From Actinomyces sp. (GTDB taxonomy: Bacteria > Actinomycetota > Actinomycetes > Actinomycetales > Actinomycetaceae), in the NCBI GenBank assembly GCA_012837655.1, contig DUQT01000154.1, positions 1 through 42,509 on the forward strand: 42,509 bases of DNA, given 5' to 3'. The first letter of the stretch is position 1; every line of letters begins with the position of its first letter. Of the stretch, positions 1-8,357 are shown piece by piece. The notes beneath the pieces are model-generated. The model did not search any database. It saw nothing but the letters and a program-made list of their open reading frames with translations, and had not been told where the DNA came from. The translations under genes and the position numbers were made by a program.

Positions 1-44
1 AGTGGTCTCGACTCGAAAACTCGAGTCGAGACCACTTCTTTTTT
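1..44 (+). terminator. Intrinsic terminator (gene upstream of window)
   Basis: Perfect 16-bp stem AGTGGTCTCGACTCGA (1-16) / TCGAGTCGAGACCACT (21-36), 4-nt loop, followed by TCTTTTTT. Confidence 0.85.
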
Positions 45-92
45 GTGTGAAAACTATTTGCGCTTGAAGGCCGCCACCGCGGGGGCTCGCCC

Positions 93-215
93 GGCTAATA
101 GGTCAGCTTTCGCGCGCAAAGCGGGAAACTTCCACGCTCTAGTGGATCAGTTTCCGCGCCCCCGAAGGTCAGCTCTCGCGTTAAAGGCCAGCAACCGCGC
201 TCTAGTAGGTCAGCT
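93..215. repeat. Degenerate ~22-bp tandem repeat array (consensus ~CTCTAGTAGGTCAGCTTTCGCG)
   Basis: Cores AGGTCAGCT at 100, 166 and 207, GGATCAGTT at 144, AGGCCAGCA at 185, a weak unit at 122; spacing 22,22,22,19,22. Confidence 0.6.
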
Positions 216-924
216 CCTGAAGGGGAAGGTCGGTGCCGTGGAGTGTTAGCTCGACGCCCTGATCCGTTACCCGCGCGTTAGTTATGGAAACGCCCTCGGG
301 TAGTTGATTGATTGGGATTTCGGTGCCTGCGCTGGGTAGGACGGATCCCAAGTCGATGGAGTAGGCCCCGCCCAGGTCGGCGTTTTCAATGTTGAAAATA
401 AATCCCCTGCCCGATTCTGAAACCTCGATAGAAGCCGAGGCCGTGATCGGGAACCCAAATACTTCAATGCTGAAAGCAAGAATGCCCGCATCCGTGCCGG
501 ACACAGCCACGCCCTCGTAACCCAAATCGTGAACGACCCGTTCGACAACTTCGAACGGTAGCGTGGCGGACGCGTCCAAGATTCGCGTTCGGTACGGCGC
601 GTTTGGGTTCACCCCGTGCAGATTCACATCGAGGTCGGTGATGGTTACGGGGTCCATATCTTCGCGCGCGGGCGTCGTCAGGGAATCCGCAGTAATCTGC
701 ACATTTTCGAGGTCGTCATTGAGGACCTGGGTGAGGAACGGGAAACCCGCAATGGACGTGTCCAGGTTTGTGAACGAGGCCGCCGAGCTGATCTTGTCCT
801 GCAGCATGGTTTCGGCCCGGTTGTGTGCCCAGCGGTCAACTCCGTAGAGTCCCGCCACGATCACGGCCACAATCACCAAGAAGGTGAAGAAGATGCGGGT
901 TCCCCGCCCGCCAGGCTGGCTCAC
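202..924 (-). CDS. DUF2993 / LmeA-like phospholipid-binding envelope protein
   Basis: N-terminal TM anchor followed by 'GVDRWAHNRAE' and 'IAGFPFLTQVL', typical of actinobacterial DUF2993/LmeA; GTG overlaps the stop of the upstream aldo/keto reductase. Confidence 0.75.
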   Translation of the reverse strand: MSQPGGRGTRIFFTFLVIVAVIVAGLYGVDRWAHNRAETMLQDKISSAASFTNLDTSIAGFPFLTQVLNDDLENVQITADSLTTPAREDMDPVTITDLDVNLHGVNPNAPYRTRILDASATLPFEVVERVVHDLGYEGVAVSGTDAGILAFSIEVFGFPITASASIEVSESGRGFIFNIENADLGGAYSIDLGSVLPSAGTEIPINQLPEGVSITNARVTDQGVELTLHGTDLPLQELTY

Positions 925-1769
925 AGGCGATCCATCGTGTCCGGGTGAGAACCGCGACGCCCAGCATCGCCCTGGTCAAGTGATTGGATGGCTCTCATGT
1001 CTTCGGCGGTGAGTTCGAAATCGAACAGCTCGAAGTTTTCGCGCATACGCTCCTTGTGCATTGACTTCGGGAACACAATATCGCCACGCTGCAACGCCCA
1101 ACGCAACGCAACCTGTGAAGCGGTCTTGCCGTACGGCTCACCGACCTTCGTCAGAACAGGGTCATCGACCACGTCGCCGCGGGCAAGCGGAGACCAGGCT
1201 TCAGTCACGATCTGATGCTTGTCATGGAAGGCATGCAGCTCAGGGATCTGCATGTACGGGTGCGACTCCACCTGGTTAACCATCGGCTTCACATCGCACT
1301 GATCCAAAATCGGTTGAATATGGTGTTCCAGGAAGTTAGACAGGCCAATCGAGCGTGCTCGCCCGTCCTCGTAAAATTCTTGCAACGTTTCCCACGTCTG
1401 GATGAAGTTGCCATCGTAAAGCGTCGGCAGTGGCCAGTGAATCAAGAAGAGGTCAACGTAGTCGACCTGCAGGTCCTCCAGCGACTTTTCGAAAGTCCTG
1501 CGCGCGTCGTCGGGCAGGTGGTTTCCGTTGTCGAGTTTCGTGGTTAGGAAGTATTCATCGCGCTTGAGGCCGGAGGCGCTAATACCGCGTCCAACCTCGA
1601 GTTCGTTGTGATACATCTGCGCGGTGTCGAAATGGCGGTAGCCGACCTCGGCACCCTCCTCTACGACGCGCTGAGCTTCCTCGGGCGGAACCTTGTACGT
1701 TCCCAGTCCTAACTGAGGAATTTCAAGGCCGTGGTACATCTTCACAGTAGGTACACCAAAATCAGTCAT
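921..1769 (-). CDS. Aldo/keto reductase (2,5-diketo-D-gluconate reductase-like)
   Basis: IPQLGLGTY, GYRHFDTAQMY, TTKL, DLFLIHWP, SIGLSNF, NQVESHPY, VFPKS motifs; AGGAGG RBS upstream. Confidence 0.93.
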   Translation of the reverse strand: MTDFGVPTVKMYHGLEIPQLGLGTYKVPPEEAQRVVEEGAEVGYRHFDTAQMYHNELEVGRGISASGLKRDEYFLTTKLDNGNHLPDDARRTFEKSLEDLQVDYVDLFLIHWPLPTLYDGNFIQTWETLQEFYEDGRARSIGLSNFLEHHIQPILDQCDVKPMVNQVESHPYMQIPELHAFHDKHQIVTEAWSPLARGDVVDDPVLTKVGEPYGKTASQVALRWALQRGDIVFPKSMHKERMRENFELFDFELTAEDMRAIQSLDQGDAGRRGSHPDTMDRL

Positions 1770-1789
1770 TATTTTCCTCCTTTAGTTTA

Positions 1790-1897
1790 AAGGCTACGGG
1801 CTTACCAGATAGTTGCAAGACCGTAGCGCAAATGTAAGACCGCGGGCCCGTAAACCATCACGGTCACGGGCCCGCGAACCCCAAGGCTACGGGCCTA
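1790..1897. repeat. Degenerate ~19-27-bp tandem array with internal inverted repeat (possible terminator)
   Basis: AAGGCTACGGGC at 1790 and 1883; AAGACCG at 1817 and 1836; inverted repeat CGCGGGCCCGT (1841-1851) / ACGGGCCCGCG (1866-1876). Confidence 0.55.
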
Positions 1898-3793
1898 CGA
1901 TCCGAACTGCAGGCTATACAGTTTCGCGTAGGCGCCGCCGCGTTCAAGTAGTTCTTCGTGGTTGCCCTGTTCGACAACGTCGCCGTCTTCCAAAACTAGG
2001 ATGACATCCGCCGACCTGATCGTGGACAGGCGGTGCGCAATAACGAACGACGTTCGTCCCTCGCGCAGTTTTTCCATCGCTTCTTGGATGACCGCTTCCG
2101 TACGCGTATCGACCGAGGACGTTGCTTCGTCCAGGATCAATATTTGCGGATTGGAAATAAAGGCTCGCGCGATTGTGAGGAGCTGGCGTTCACCCTGGGA
2201 GAGGTTCGCGCCCTCGTCCTTCACGACCGTGTCGTAGCCTTCAGGCAGGTGGCAGATGAAGCCGTCGGCCTGGGCGGCGACTGCCGCAGCAACGACCTCT
2301 TCGCGGGTAACTTCGCGAGACGTACCGTACGCGATGTTCTCTGCGATCGTACCTTCGAATAGCCAGGTGTCCTGCAGAACCATTCCGATGCTGGAACGCA
2401 GATCGTCCTTATTGATGTTGGTGATCGGTTCACCGTTGATGGTGATGGCTCCGCCGTTCAGTTCGTAGAACCGCATGACTAGGTTCACGAGCGTGGTCTT
2501 ACCGGCACCAGTCGGGCCGACGATTGCGACCATGTGGCCCGGCTCGACGGTCAGGGACAGATCATGAATGACAGTCTTTTCGGGTTCGTAGCCAAACTTG
2601 ACGTGATCAAACTCGATCGTTGCATCAGCCAGATCAACTCCGCCCTCGCGCTTTTCTGCGTCTGGTTCCATTTCTTCAGAATCCAAGAACTCGAAAATAC
2701 GTTCGGCAGACGCGACTGCGGACTGGACCAGTGAAGCCATCGAAGCCAAGGCCGCAATCGGGTGTGTGAATTGACGTGAATACTGAATAAACGCCTGGAC
2801 AGCGCCCAAAGAGATCGCTCCCGAAGCGACCTGCAGGCCGCCGGCCACTGCGACCAGCACGTACGACATGTTCGAAACCAGCTGCATTGAAGGACGCATG
2901 AGCGAAGAAATCGCCTGCGCACGAGTTGCAGAGGTGAAGAGACGCTCGTTCTCCTGGTCAAACTTGCCCATGAAAGCGTCACGCATCCCAAAAGCCTGGA
3001 CGACTTCGTGGCCGGTGTAGGCTTCCTCGACGATACCGCCCAAATCACCTGTTGCCTTCCACTGTTTGCGGAAGTAGGGCTGTGCTTTTTTCGCGATGAA
3101 ACCAGCAACGACGCCGCCCAGAGGCACGACGATGATTGCAAGAATCGCGAGCCTCCACGAAATCCAAAACATCATGATCAGGATTCCGATGATCGTCAGG
3201 AGCCCTTCAAAGACCTGTGCAATCACCTGTTGCAATGATTGCGTCACATTGTCGACGTCGTTAGTTACACGCGACATGAGGTCACCGCGGCGACGCGAAT
3301 CAATGAAGGAAAGCGGTAGCTTGTCGATCTTTGCCTGCACCTGGTTGCGCATGCGATAGCCGGTTTGCTGCACCATCATCCGGACAATGAGGCCAATCAG
3401 GTAGTGGAACAAAGCGGCGAGTGCGTAAACCGATGCCGCAATGATCAAGACCTTGGCGAGCGCGCCAAAATCAACACCGGATCCCGGCACAATCTCCATT
3501 GAAGCAAGCATGTCCGCAAGCTGAGTTTCGCCCTCAGCGCGTAGCTGCTCAACGTACTGCGCCTTCGTCATTCCCGCCGGAATGTAGCGGGCCGCGACAC
3601 CATTGAAAATAATGTTCGTGCCGTCACCCAGTAGCTTCGGACCGGCAACGGTGAAAGCAACCGCCAGTGCGGTCAAAATCAGCGAGGCAGCAATGCGAAC
3701 GTACTCCGGCCTCAGTTCCCTAAATAAGCGCTTCGTGGTGTCCCAAAAGTTTTCGCTCTTTTCCGGTCCGCGCGCTCCGTGGTGTGGACTCAT
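1895..3793 (-). CDS. Heterodimeric ABC exporter subunit (TM288/LmrD-like, TMD+NBD)
   Basis: TM domain plus Walker A GPTGAGKTT, degenerate signature LSQGE, Walker B ILILDE, switch IAHRLS. Confidence 0.93.
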   Translation of the reverse strand: MSPHHGARGPEKSENFWDTTKRLFRELRPEYVRIAASLILTALAVAFTVAGPKLLGDGTNIIFNGVAARYIPAGMTKAQYVEQLRAEGETQLADMLASMEIVPGSGVDFGALAKVLIIAASVYALAALFHYLIGLIVRMMVQQTGYRMRNQVQAKIDKLPLSFIDSRRRGDLMSRVTNDVDNVTQSLQQVIAQVFEGLLTIIGILIMMFWISWRLAILAIIVVPLGGVVAGFIAKKAQPYFRKQWKATGDLGGIVEEAYTGHEVVQAFGMRDAFMGKFDQENERLFTSATRAQAISSLMRPSMQLVSNMSYVLVAVAGGLQVASGAISLGAVQAFIQYSRQFTHPIAALASMASLVQSAVASAERIFEFLDSEEMEPDAEKREGGVDLADATIEFDHVKFGYEPEKTVIHDLSLTVEPGHMVAIVGPTGAGKTTLVNLVMRFYELNGGAITINGEPITNINKDDLRSSIGMVLQDTWLFEGTIAENIAYGTSREVTREEVVAAAVAAQADGFICHLPEGYDTVVKDEGANLSQGERQLLTIARAFISNPQILILDEATSSVDTRTEAVIQEAMEKLREGRTSFVIAHRLSTIRSADVILVLEDGDVVEQGNHEELLERGGAYAKLYSLQFGS

Positions 3794-5523
3794 TGGAGTA
3801 CCTCCCCCGATTGTGACTCAACTATTTCGCGGTACAGCTGGCAGGAATCCAGCAGTTCCTCGTGCGTGCCAAGGCCCTGCATTCCGCCGTCACCGAGGAC
3901 CAGAATCTGGTCAGCCTGAACGATCGAGGATGTCTTTTGCGACACGATAATCACCGCTGCCGACCCAACGTAATCGATTAGTCCATCGCGCAAACGCTGC
4001 TCGGTTTGTGCATCCAGTGCAGATAGTGAGTCGTCGAAAATATATAGGTCAGCCTCTCGATACAGCGCGCGAGCAATCGCCAAACGCTGCTTCTGGCCGC
4101 CCGAAAAGTTCTGGCCTCCGGCCTCGACCTCGGAATCAATGCCGTCTTCCAGGCGTGATACAAACTCCCACGCCTGCGCGCCCTTCAGCGCCCAAACCAC
4201 CCGATCGCGGTCAACCTCGGCGTCCTTGAAGTGGCCAGCAACTGTGCTTGCAATAGTTCCAGAGAACAAATAAGCCTGCTGCGGCACCAGTGAAATCCGG
4301 CTTCGGACGTCGTCCAACGTGTAGTCCTTGATCGAGTGACCGTTCAGCGCAACTTCGCCCTCGGACACGTCAAATAAACGCGGCAAAATGTTTACCAGCG
4401 TGGATTTTCCAGACGCGGTCGGCCCAACGACGCCGGTTACAGTTCCGCGTTGAAAAGAAATGGATAGATTTTCGAGGACGGGCTCGCGTGCTCCCGGGTA
4501 GGCGACCGTGACGTCTTGGAGTGCGAACTCCGCGGGGCCGGAAACCTCCAGCGGGTTGTCTGTGACTTCCAAGTCGGACTTGGTGTTTAGGACCTCCATG
4601 ATGCGCTTTGCCGACACGGAACCGCGTGGAACCATCACGAAAATAAATCCGGCCATCATCACGGACATGAAAATTTGCATCAGGTAATTAATGAAGGCGA
4701 TCAGCGAACCTACCCCCATTGATCCCTGCTGAACCAGGTGTCCGCCAAACCAGATAACCGCAACCTGGGCCATCCAAATGATGAACTGGGTGGCCGGGAA
4801 CATGAACGCGAACAGGTGCCCAATCTTGAGGGCGACGTCGCGAAGGTCAGCGTTGGCGTTCTGGTATTTTTGGCGCTCGGTATCTTGGCGCACGAACGCG
4901 CGAATCACGCGGACACCGGAGAGCTGCTCGCGCAAAGTCGTGTTCATCCGGTCGATCCGCGTCTGCTGGGTCCTAAACAGCGGGTGCATCCGAACCATGA
5001 TGATCGCAACAATCAGGGCGATTAGCGGTACGACAATCAGGAGCAGTGTGGACATCTGGACGCTTTGACGAAGCGCCATGAAGACCGCTCCAACGCCCAT
5101 CAGAGGCGCTGTCACAACGATTGTGAAAGTCATCATCGTGACCATCTGGATTTGTTGCACGTCATTCGTGTTGCGCGTGATCAAAGACGGCGGCCCGATC
5201 CTCGACAGCTGCGCCGTAGAGAACCTCTGCGCGTGATCAAACTGCTCCCTGCGCAGCCACCTGCCAAGTCCCATCGATGTTACAGCCGCAATAATGATCG
5301 CCGCGCCTGCCGTCAGAGCCTGCACCAGTGAAAAACCGACCATCACCGCACCAAGGCGCCAGATGACCGCGGTGTCTCCGACAACTACGCCCTCGTTAAT
5401 AATGCGAGCATTCAAATCGGGGAGGAAAAGTGCCGCTACCACCGCGATTATTTGCAGTATGAAAATAGCAAGCACTGAAGGAATATGTTTGCGTAGATAC
5501 CTCCACACTAGGCGAAACAGCAT
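3790..5523 (-). CDS. Heterodimeric ABC exporter subunit (TM287/LmrC-like, degenerate catalytic residues)
   Basis: Walker A GPTASGKST, signature FSGGQ, Walker B YIFDD (D for catalytic E), switch His replaced by Gln (IVSQK); ATGA overlap with partner gene. Confidence 0.93.
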   Translation of the reverse strand: MLFRLVWRYLRKHIPSVLAIFILQIIAVVAALFLPDLNARIINEGVVVGDTAVIWRLGAVMVGFSLVQALTAGAAIIIAAVTSMGLGRWLRREQFDHAQRFSTAQLSRIGPPSLITRNTNDVQQIQMVTMMTFTIVVTAPLMGVGAVFMALRQSVQMSTLLLIVVPLIALIVAIIMVRMHPLFRTQQTRIDRMNTTLREQLSGVRVIRAFVRQDTERQKYQNANADLRDVALKIGHLFAFMFPATQFIIWMAQVAVIWFGGHLVQQGSMGVGSLIAFINYLMQIFMSVMMAGFIFVMVPRGSVSAKRIMEVLNTKSDLEVTDNPLEVSGPAEFALQDVTVAYPGAREPVLENLSISFQRGTVTGVVGPTASGKSTLVNILPRLFDVSEGEVALNGHSIKDYTLDDVRSRISLVPQQAYLFSGTIASTVAGHFKDAEVDRDRVVWALKGAQAWEFVSRLEDGIDSEVEAGGQNFSGGQKQRLAIARALYREADLYIFDDSLSALDAQTEQRLRDGLIDYVGSAAVIIVSQKTSSIVQADQILVLGDGGMQGLGTHEELLDSCQLYREIVESQSGEVLQ

Positions 5524-5692
5524 GTACTTCTCCTTTTTTCACTACGCGATTTTTCCAGCTTGTCACGAATCCGCGGCAAATGTTAGTCAGGAATAGTCAG
5601 GTGTGATAAGCCTCAATATTGGAGGGCGAGGCTGGCCACTCTTGGTGCATATCTGGCGCACTTGCGCAGGGCAAACATAGTAACTTTAAGGG

Positions 5693-6358
5693 ATGGCTCC
5701 GCAAAATGCTTTTTCAAACACGCTCCTAAAAGTTGCCGTCCATTACATCTATGGGCGGGTAATGGAAATGCCTGTCGAAGAACTGGAAATTGAGGTTCGA
5801 GCGCGCCTTTCGGACGGGGCTGTACCCGATGAACTTGCCGCTGAGTTAGACCAGGCGATTGAAGAACTCGGCCTTGTGTTCTCAAATCTTGGAGTAAATG
5901 ATTCCGACCGAGTCGCGGAAAAGATTTGCCACACGTCCCTGGGCGTGAGTGAACGCGTGAAAGAAAATAGTGCTGCAAAACTTTCAGTGTCGAAATATGA
6001 CTGCGAGCGCAAACAGATTCTGGCCGAACTCGCCCTGAAGTCATCCAAGGGAGCTTTGCTGTGGCCACCGACTTCGCAAACCTTGATCTCTCGCATGGGC
6101 GGGAAGTGGACAACCGCAATGGAAGCGTGTGGGCTAGCTGCGTCCTCGGATGGAAAAATCGGGCGACGAAACGCCCGATTCACGCAGGAGGACAGGCAAA
6201 ACGCGCTACGAAAATTCCTGCGCGATTGTGAAGAAAAAGGCGCGACCCCGTCCTATGCGGGGTACGCGAAGTGGGCGAAGGAACAGGGCGGCGTCCCATC
6301 AGCTGCGACGATTCGGCAGTCTTACGGAACCTGGCAGAAGGCCCTAGACCAGGTTTAG
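5693..6358 (+). CDS. Hypothetical protein with two homing-endonuclease-associated (HNH_repeat-like) repeats, no nuclease domain
   Basis: Two copies of a P-[ST]-x2-T-[IL]-x3-[MY]-G-x(1,2)-W-x2-A-[LM] motif: 'PPTSQTLISRMGGKWTTAMEACGL' and 'VPSAATIRQSYGTWQKALDQV'. Confidence 0.6.
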   Translation: MAPQNAFSNTLLKVAVHYIYGRVMEMPVEELEIEVRARLSDGAVPDELAAELDQAIEELGLVFSNLGVNDSDRVAEKICHTSLGVSERVKENSAAKLSVSKYDCERKQILAELALKSSKGALLWPPTSQTLISRMGGKWTTAMEACGLAASSDGKIGRRNARFTQEDRQNALRKFLRDCEEKGATPSYAGYAKWAKEQGGVPSAATIRQSYGTWQKALDQV

Positions 6359-6744
6359 AGGCGACCTTCGTTTGTGTCGTATCCGCGAAGCTTGTCGAGG
6401 GCGCGGCGCTCGCGCTTGGTGGGACGGCCGGTTCCGCGAGCTCGTCTGGGGATAGACATCATCACGTAGGGGTCGGGGCGCGGCGGTGAATGGTCAATGT
6501 AGGCGGTTTGGGCGATGGGTGCACCAACGCGAGTTTTCAAGATTTTGGTGACCTCGAGGATGCGGTCGAAACCTTGGAAACGGTAGGTCACGGTGTCGCC
6601 TACGGTCACTTGCTGAGAGGGCTTCGCAGTGTAGCCATTAACTTTCACATGACCTGCTTTGCATGCGGCAGTCGCCTTGGAACGCGACTTGAGTTGGCGC
6701 ACGCTCCAAAGCCAGGTGTCTACTCTGACGGATTGCTCACTCAT
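6355..6744 (-). CDS. hslR: S4-domain RNA-binding protein, Hsp15 family
   Basis: VRVDTWLWSVRQLKSRSKATAAC..GHVKVNG..AKPS and C-terminal GTGRPTKRERR. Confidence 0.88.
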   Translation of the reverse strand: MSEQSVRVDTWLWSVRQLKSRSKATAACKAGHVKVNGYTAKPSQQVTVGDTVTYRFQGFDRILEVTKILKTRVGAPIAQTAYIDHSPPRPDPYVMMSIPRRARGTGRPTKRERRALDKLRGYDTNEGRL

Positions 6745-6782
6745 ATTCCCATGCTAACCCGGGTATGACATAGGGTTAAGAC
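6745..6782. promoter_or_regulatory. Back-to-back divergent leaderless-type -10 boxes
   Basis: Minus-strand TAGCAT (6756-6751) lies 6 nt from the hslR ATG; plus-strand TAGGGT (6771-6776) lies 6 nt from GTG 6783; no clear SD sequence for either gene. Confidence 0.6.
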
Positions 6783-8357
6783 GTGTTCGAAATACTCTCG
6801 CAAAGCCCCATCCTGACGTTCTTTTTGGTGGTTGCGCTGGGTGCGGCATTTGGTCAAATCAAGTTTGGCCCGCTCAAGTTTGGAGCCGCCGGCGCACTTT
6901 TCGTTGGACTTGCTCTATCGGCTGCATACCCCGAGCTGGGCGAAAATATGACCCTGCTCCAGTCGATCGGCCTGGCCATGTTCACCTACACCGTAGGTGT
7001 CGCCGCTGGAGCTACTTTCACGCAGCAACTAAAGAACCAAGCGCCCCTAATGGGTGCAGCTGCGCTGACGACACTCATAGCCGGCATCGTGACCGTAGTG
7101 GGTGGCAAGCTGCTACAGGTTCCCGCGGAACTCGCAACGGGACTGTTCACAGGTGCGCTTACGTCTGCGCCCGCGCTGGACTCCGCGCTAAGAGTCACGG
7201 GATCCACAGCTCCGGGCGCTGGTTACGCGGTGGGTTACCCGTTCGGTGTAATCATCGGCATCATCATCGTTTCAATCGTTGTTGAACGACCCTGGAAGGG
7301 CGAGAAAGACACCCCGTCACTTGCCGGACAAGGACTGACTGCCCGCACAGCCCTCGTTCATAAGACTATTAACATTCGCCACGTTGAGCCGTGGGCGTGT
7401 CAAGACGTGCGCATGTCCTACCTGCGACGGGACGGAAAAACGCGCGTCGTAGTTCCTGGTGAAGAGCTACAACCTGACGACCTCGTCGTAGTCGTTGGGG
7501 AGGCGGACAGGGTTGAAGAGACCATCAATATTCTCGGTGAGCAGGCTTCTGAGCACATTGCTGATGACCGCCGCGATGTTGATTTTGAGAAGATCCGTGT
7601 TTCGGACACTGACCTAACTGGTCGAACCATTGCAGAACTAAATGTCCCGGTCCGTTTCGGGGGCGTCATCACTCGCGTGACGCGTGGCGACTTGGAACTG
7701 CTCGCCAAGGATGAGCTTCCGCTACAGCCCGGCGATGAAGTTTCCGTCGCTGTGCCTTCGGATCAGTTGAAGGGGATTCGTAAGTTCTTTGGTGACTCGG
7801 ATACTCGCATCGCGGAGATCGACGCGCTTTCGTTTGGACTCGGAATGGTGCTCGGCCTGCTTGTTGGGCTCGTGTCGATTCCGATGCCGGGCGGAGCAAT
7901 GTTCTCCCTGGGCGCCGCCGCTGGTCCGCTGGTCGTTGGAATTATCCTCGGCTCGTTGCGTCGCACGGGAAGCCTGATTTGGTCGATGCCAGAGTCGGTC
8001 AACCTTACGATCCGTCAACTTGGACTGCTGTTCTTCCTGGCAGCGCTTGGCCTGGGTGCCGGTTCTGAGTTCAAGGCAGTCGTCGTGACATCCCTGGGTT
8101 GGAAGGCCGCGATAGTGTCTTCCGCGATTGCGCTGTTCTCCGCGGGACTGCTGGGAATCCTCGGACGGTTCCTGAAACTGTCCGGCCCCCGTACAGCAGG
8201 TGGCGTCGCCGGCTTCCTCGGCCAGCCCGCAATCATGCAGGCCGCTACAAGCCGAGTAGCCGACGAACGCATCGAATCCGCCTACGCCGCCATTTTCGCA
8301 GCGGCGATCGTATTCAAGATCCTGCTCGTACCGGTTATCTATGCGTTCCTAAACTAA
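6783..8357 (+). CDS. Aspartate:alanine exchanger (AspT/YidE/YbjL) family transporter with TrkA-C domains
   Basis: GAAGALFVGL, GLFTGALTSAPAL, GYAVGYPFG, a central soluble region, and a second TM block with GAAAGPLVVGIILG. Confidence 0.9.
   Translation: MFEILSQSPILTFFLVVALGAAFGQIKFGPLKFGAAGALFVGLALSAAYPELGENMTLLQSIGLAMFTYTVGVAAGATFTQQLKNQAPLMGAAALTTLIAGIVTVVGGKLLQVPAELATGLFTGALTSAPALDSALRVTGSTAPGAGYAVGYPFGVIIGIIIVSIVVERPWKGEKDTPSLAGQGLTARTALVHKTINIRHVEPWACQDVRMSYLRRDGKTRVVVPGEELQPDDLVVVVGEADRVEETINILGEQASEHIADDRRDVDFEKIRVSDTDLTGRTIAELNVPVRFGGVITRVTRGDLELLAKDELPLQPGDEVSVAVPSDQLKGIRKFFGDSDTRIAEIDALSFGLGMVLGLLVGLVSIPMPGGAMFSLGAAAGPLVVGIILGSLRRTGSLIWSMPESVNLTIRQLGLLFFLAALGLGAGSEFKAVVVTSLGWKAAIVSSAIALFSAGLLGILGRFLKLSGPRTAGGVAGFLGQPAIMQAATSRVADERIESAYAAIFAAAIVFKILLVPVIYAFLN

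Noticed and set aside
93-215. Possible mini-CRISPR array
   Set aside because: Units are contiguous and degenerate with no unique spacers, and there are no cas genes in the window
5693-6358. Active homing endonuclease or mobile element
   Set aside because: No HNH, GIY-YIG or LAGLIDADG catalytic motif, no intron or intein context, no terminal repeats
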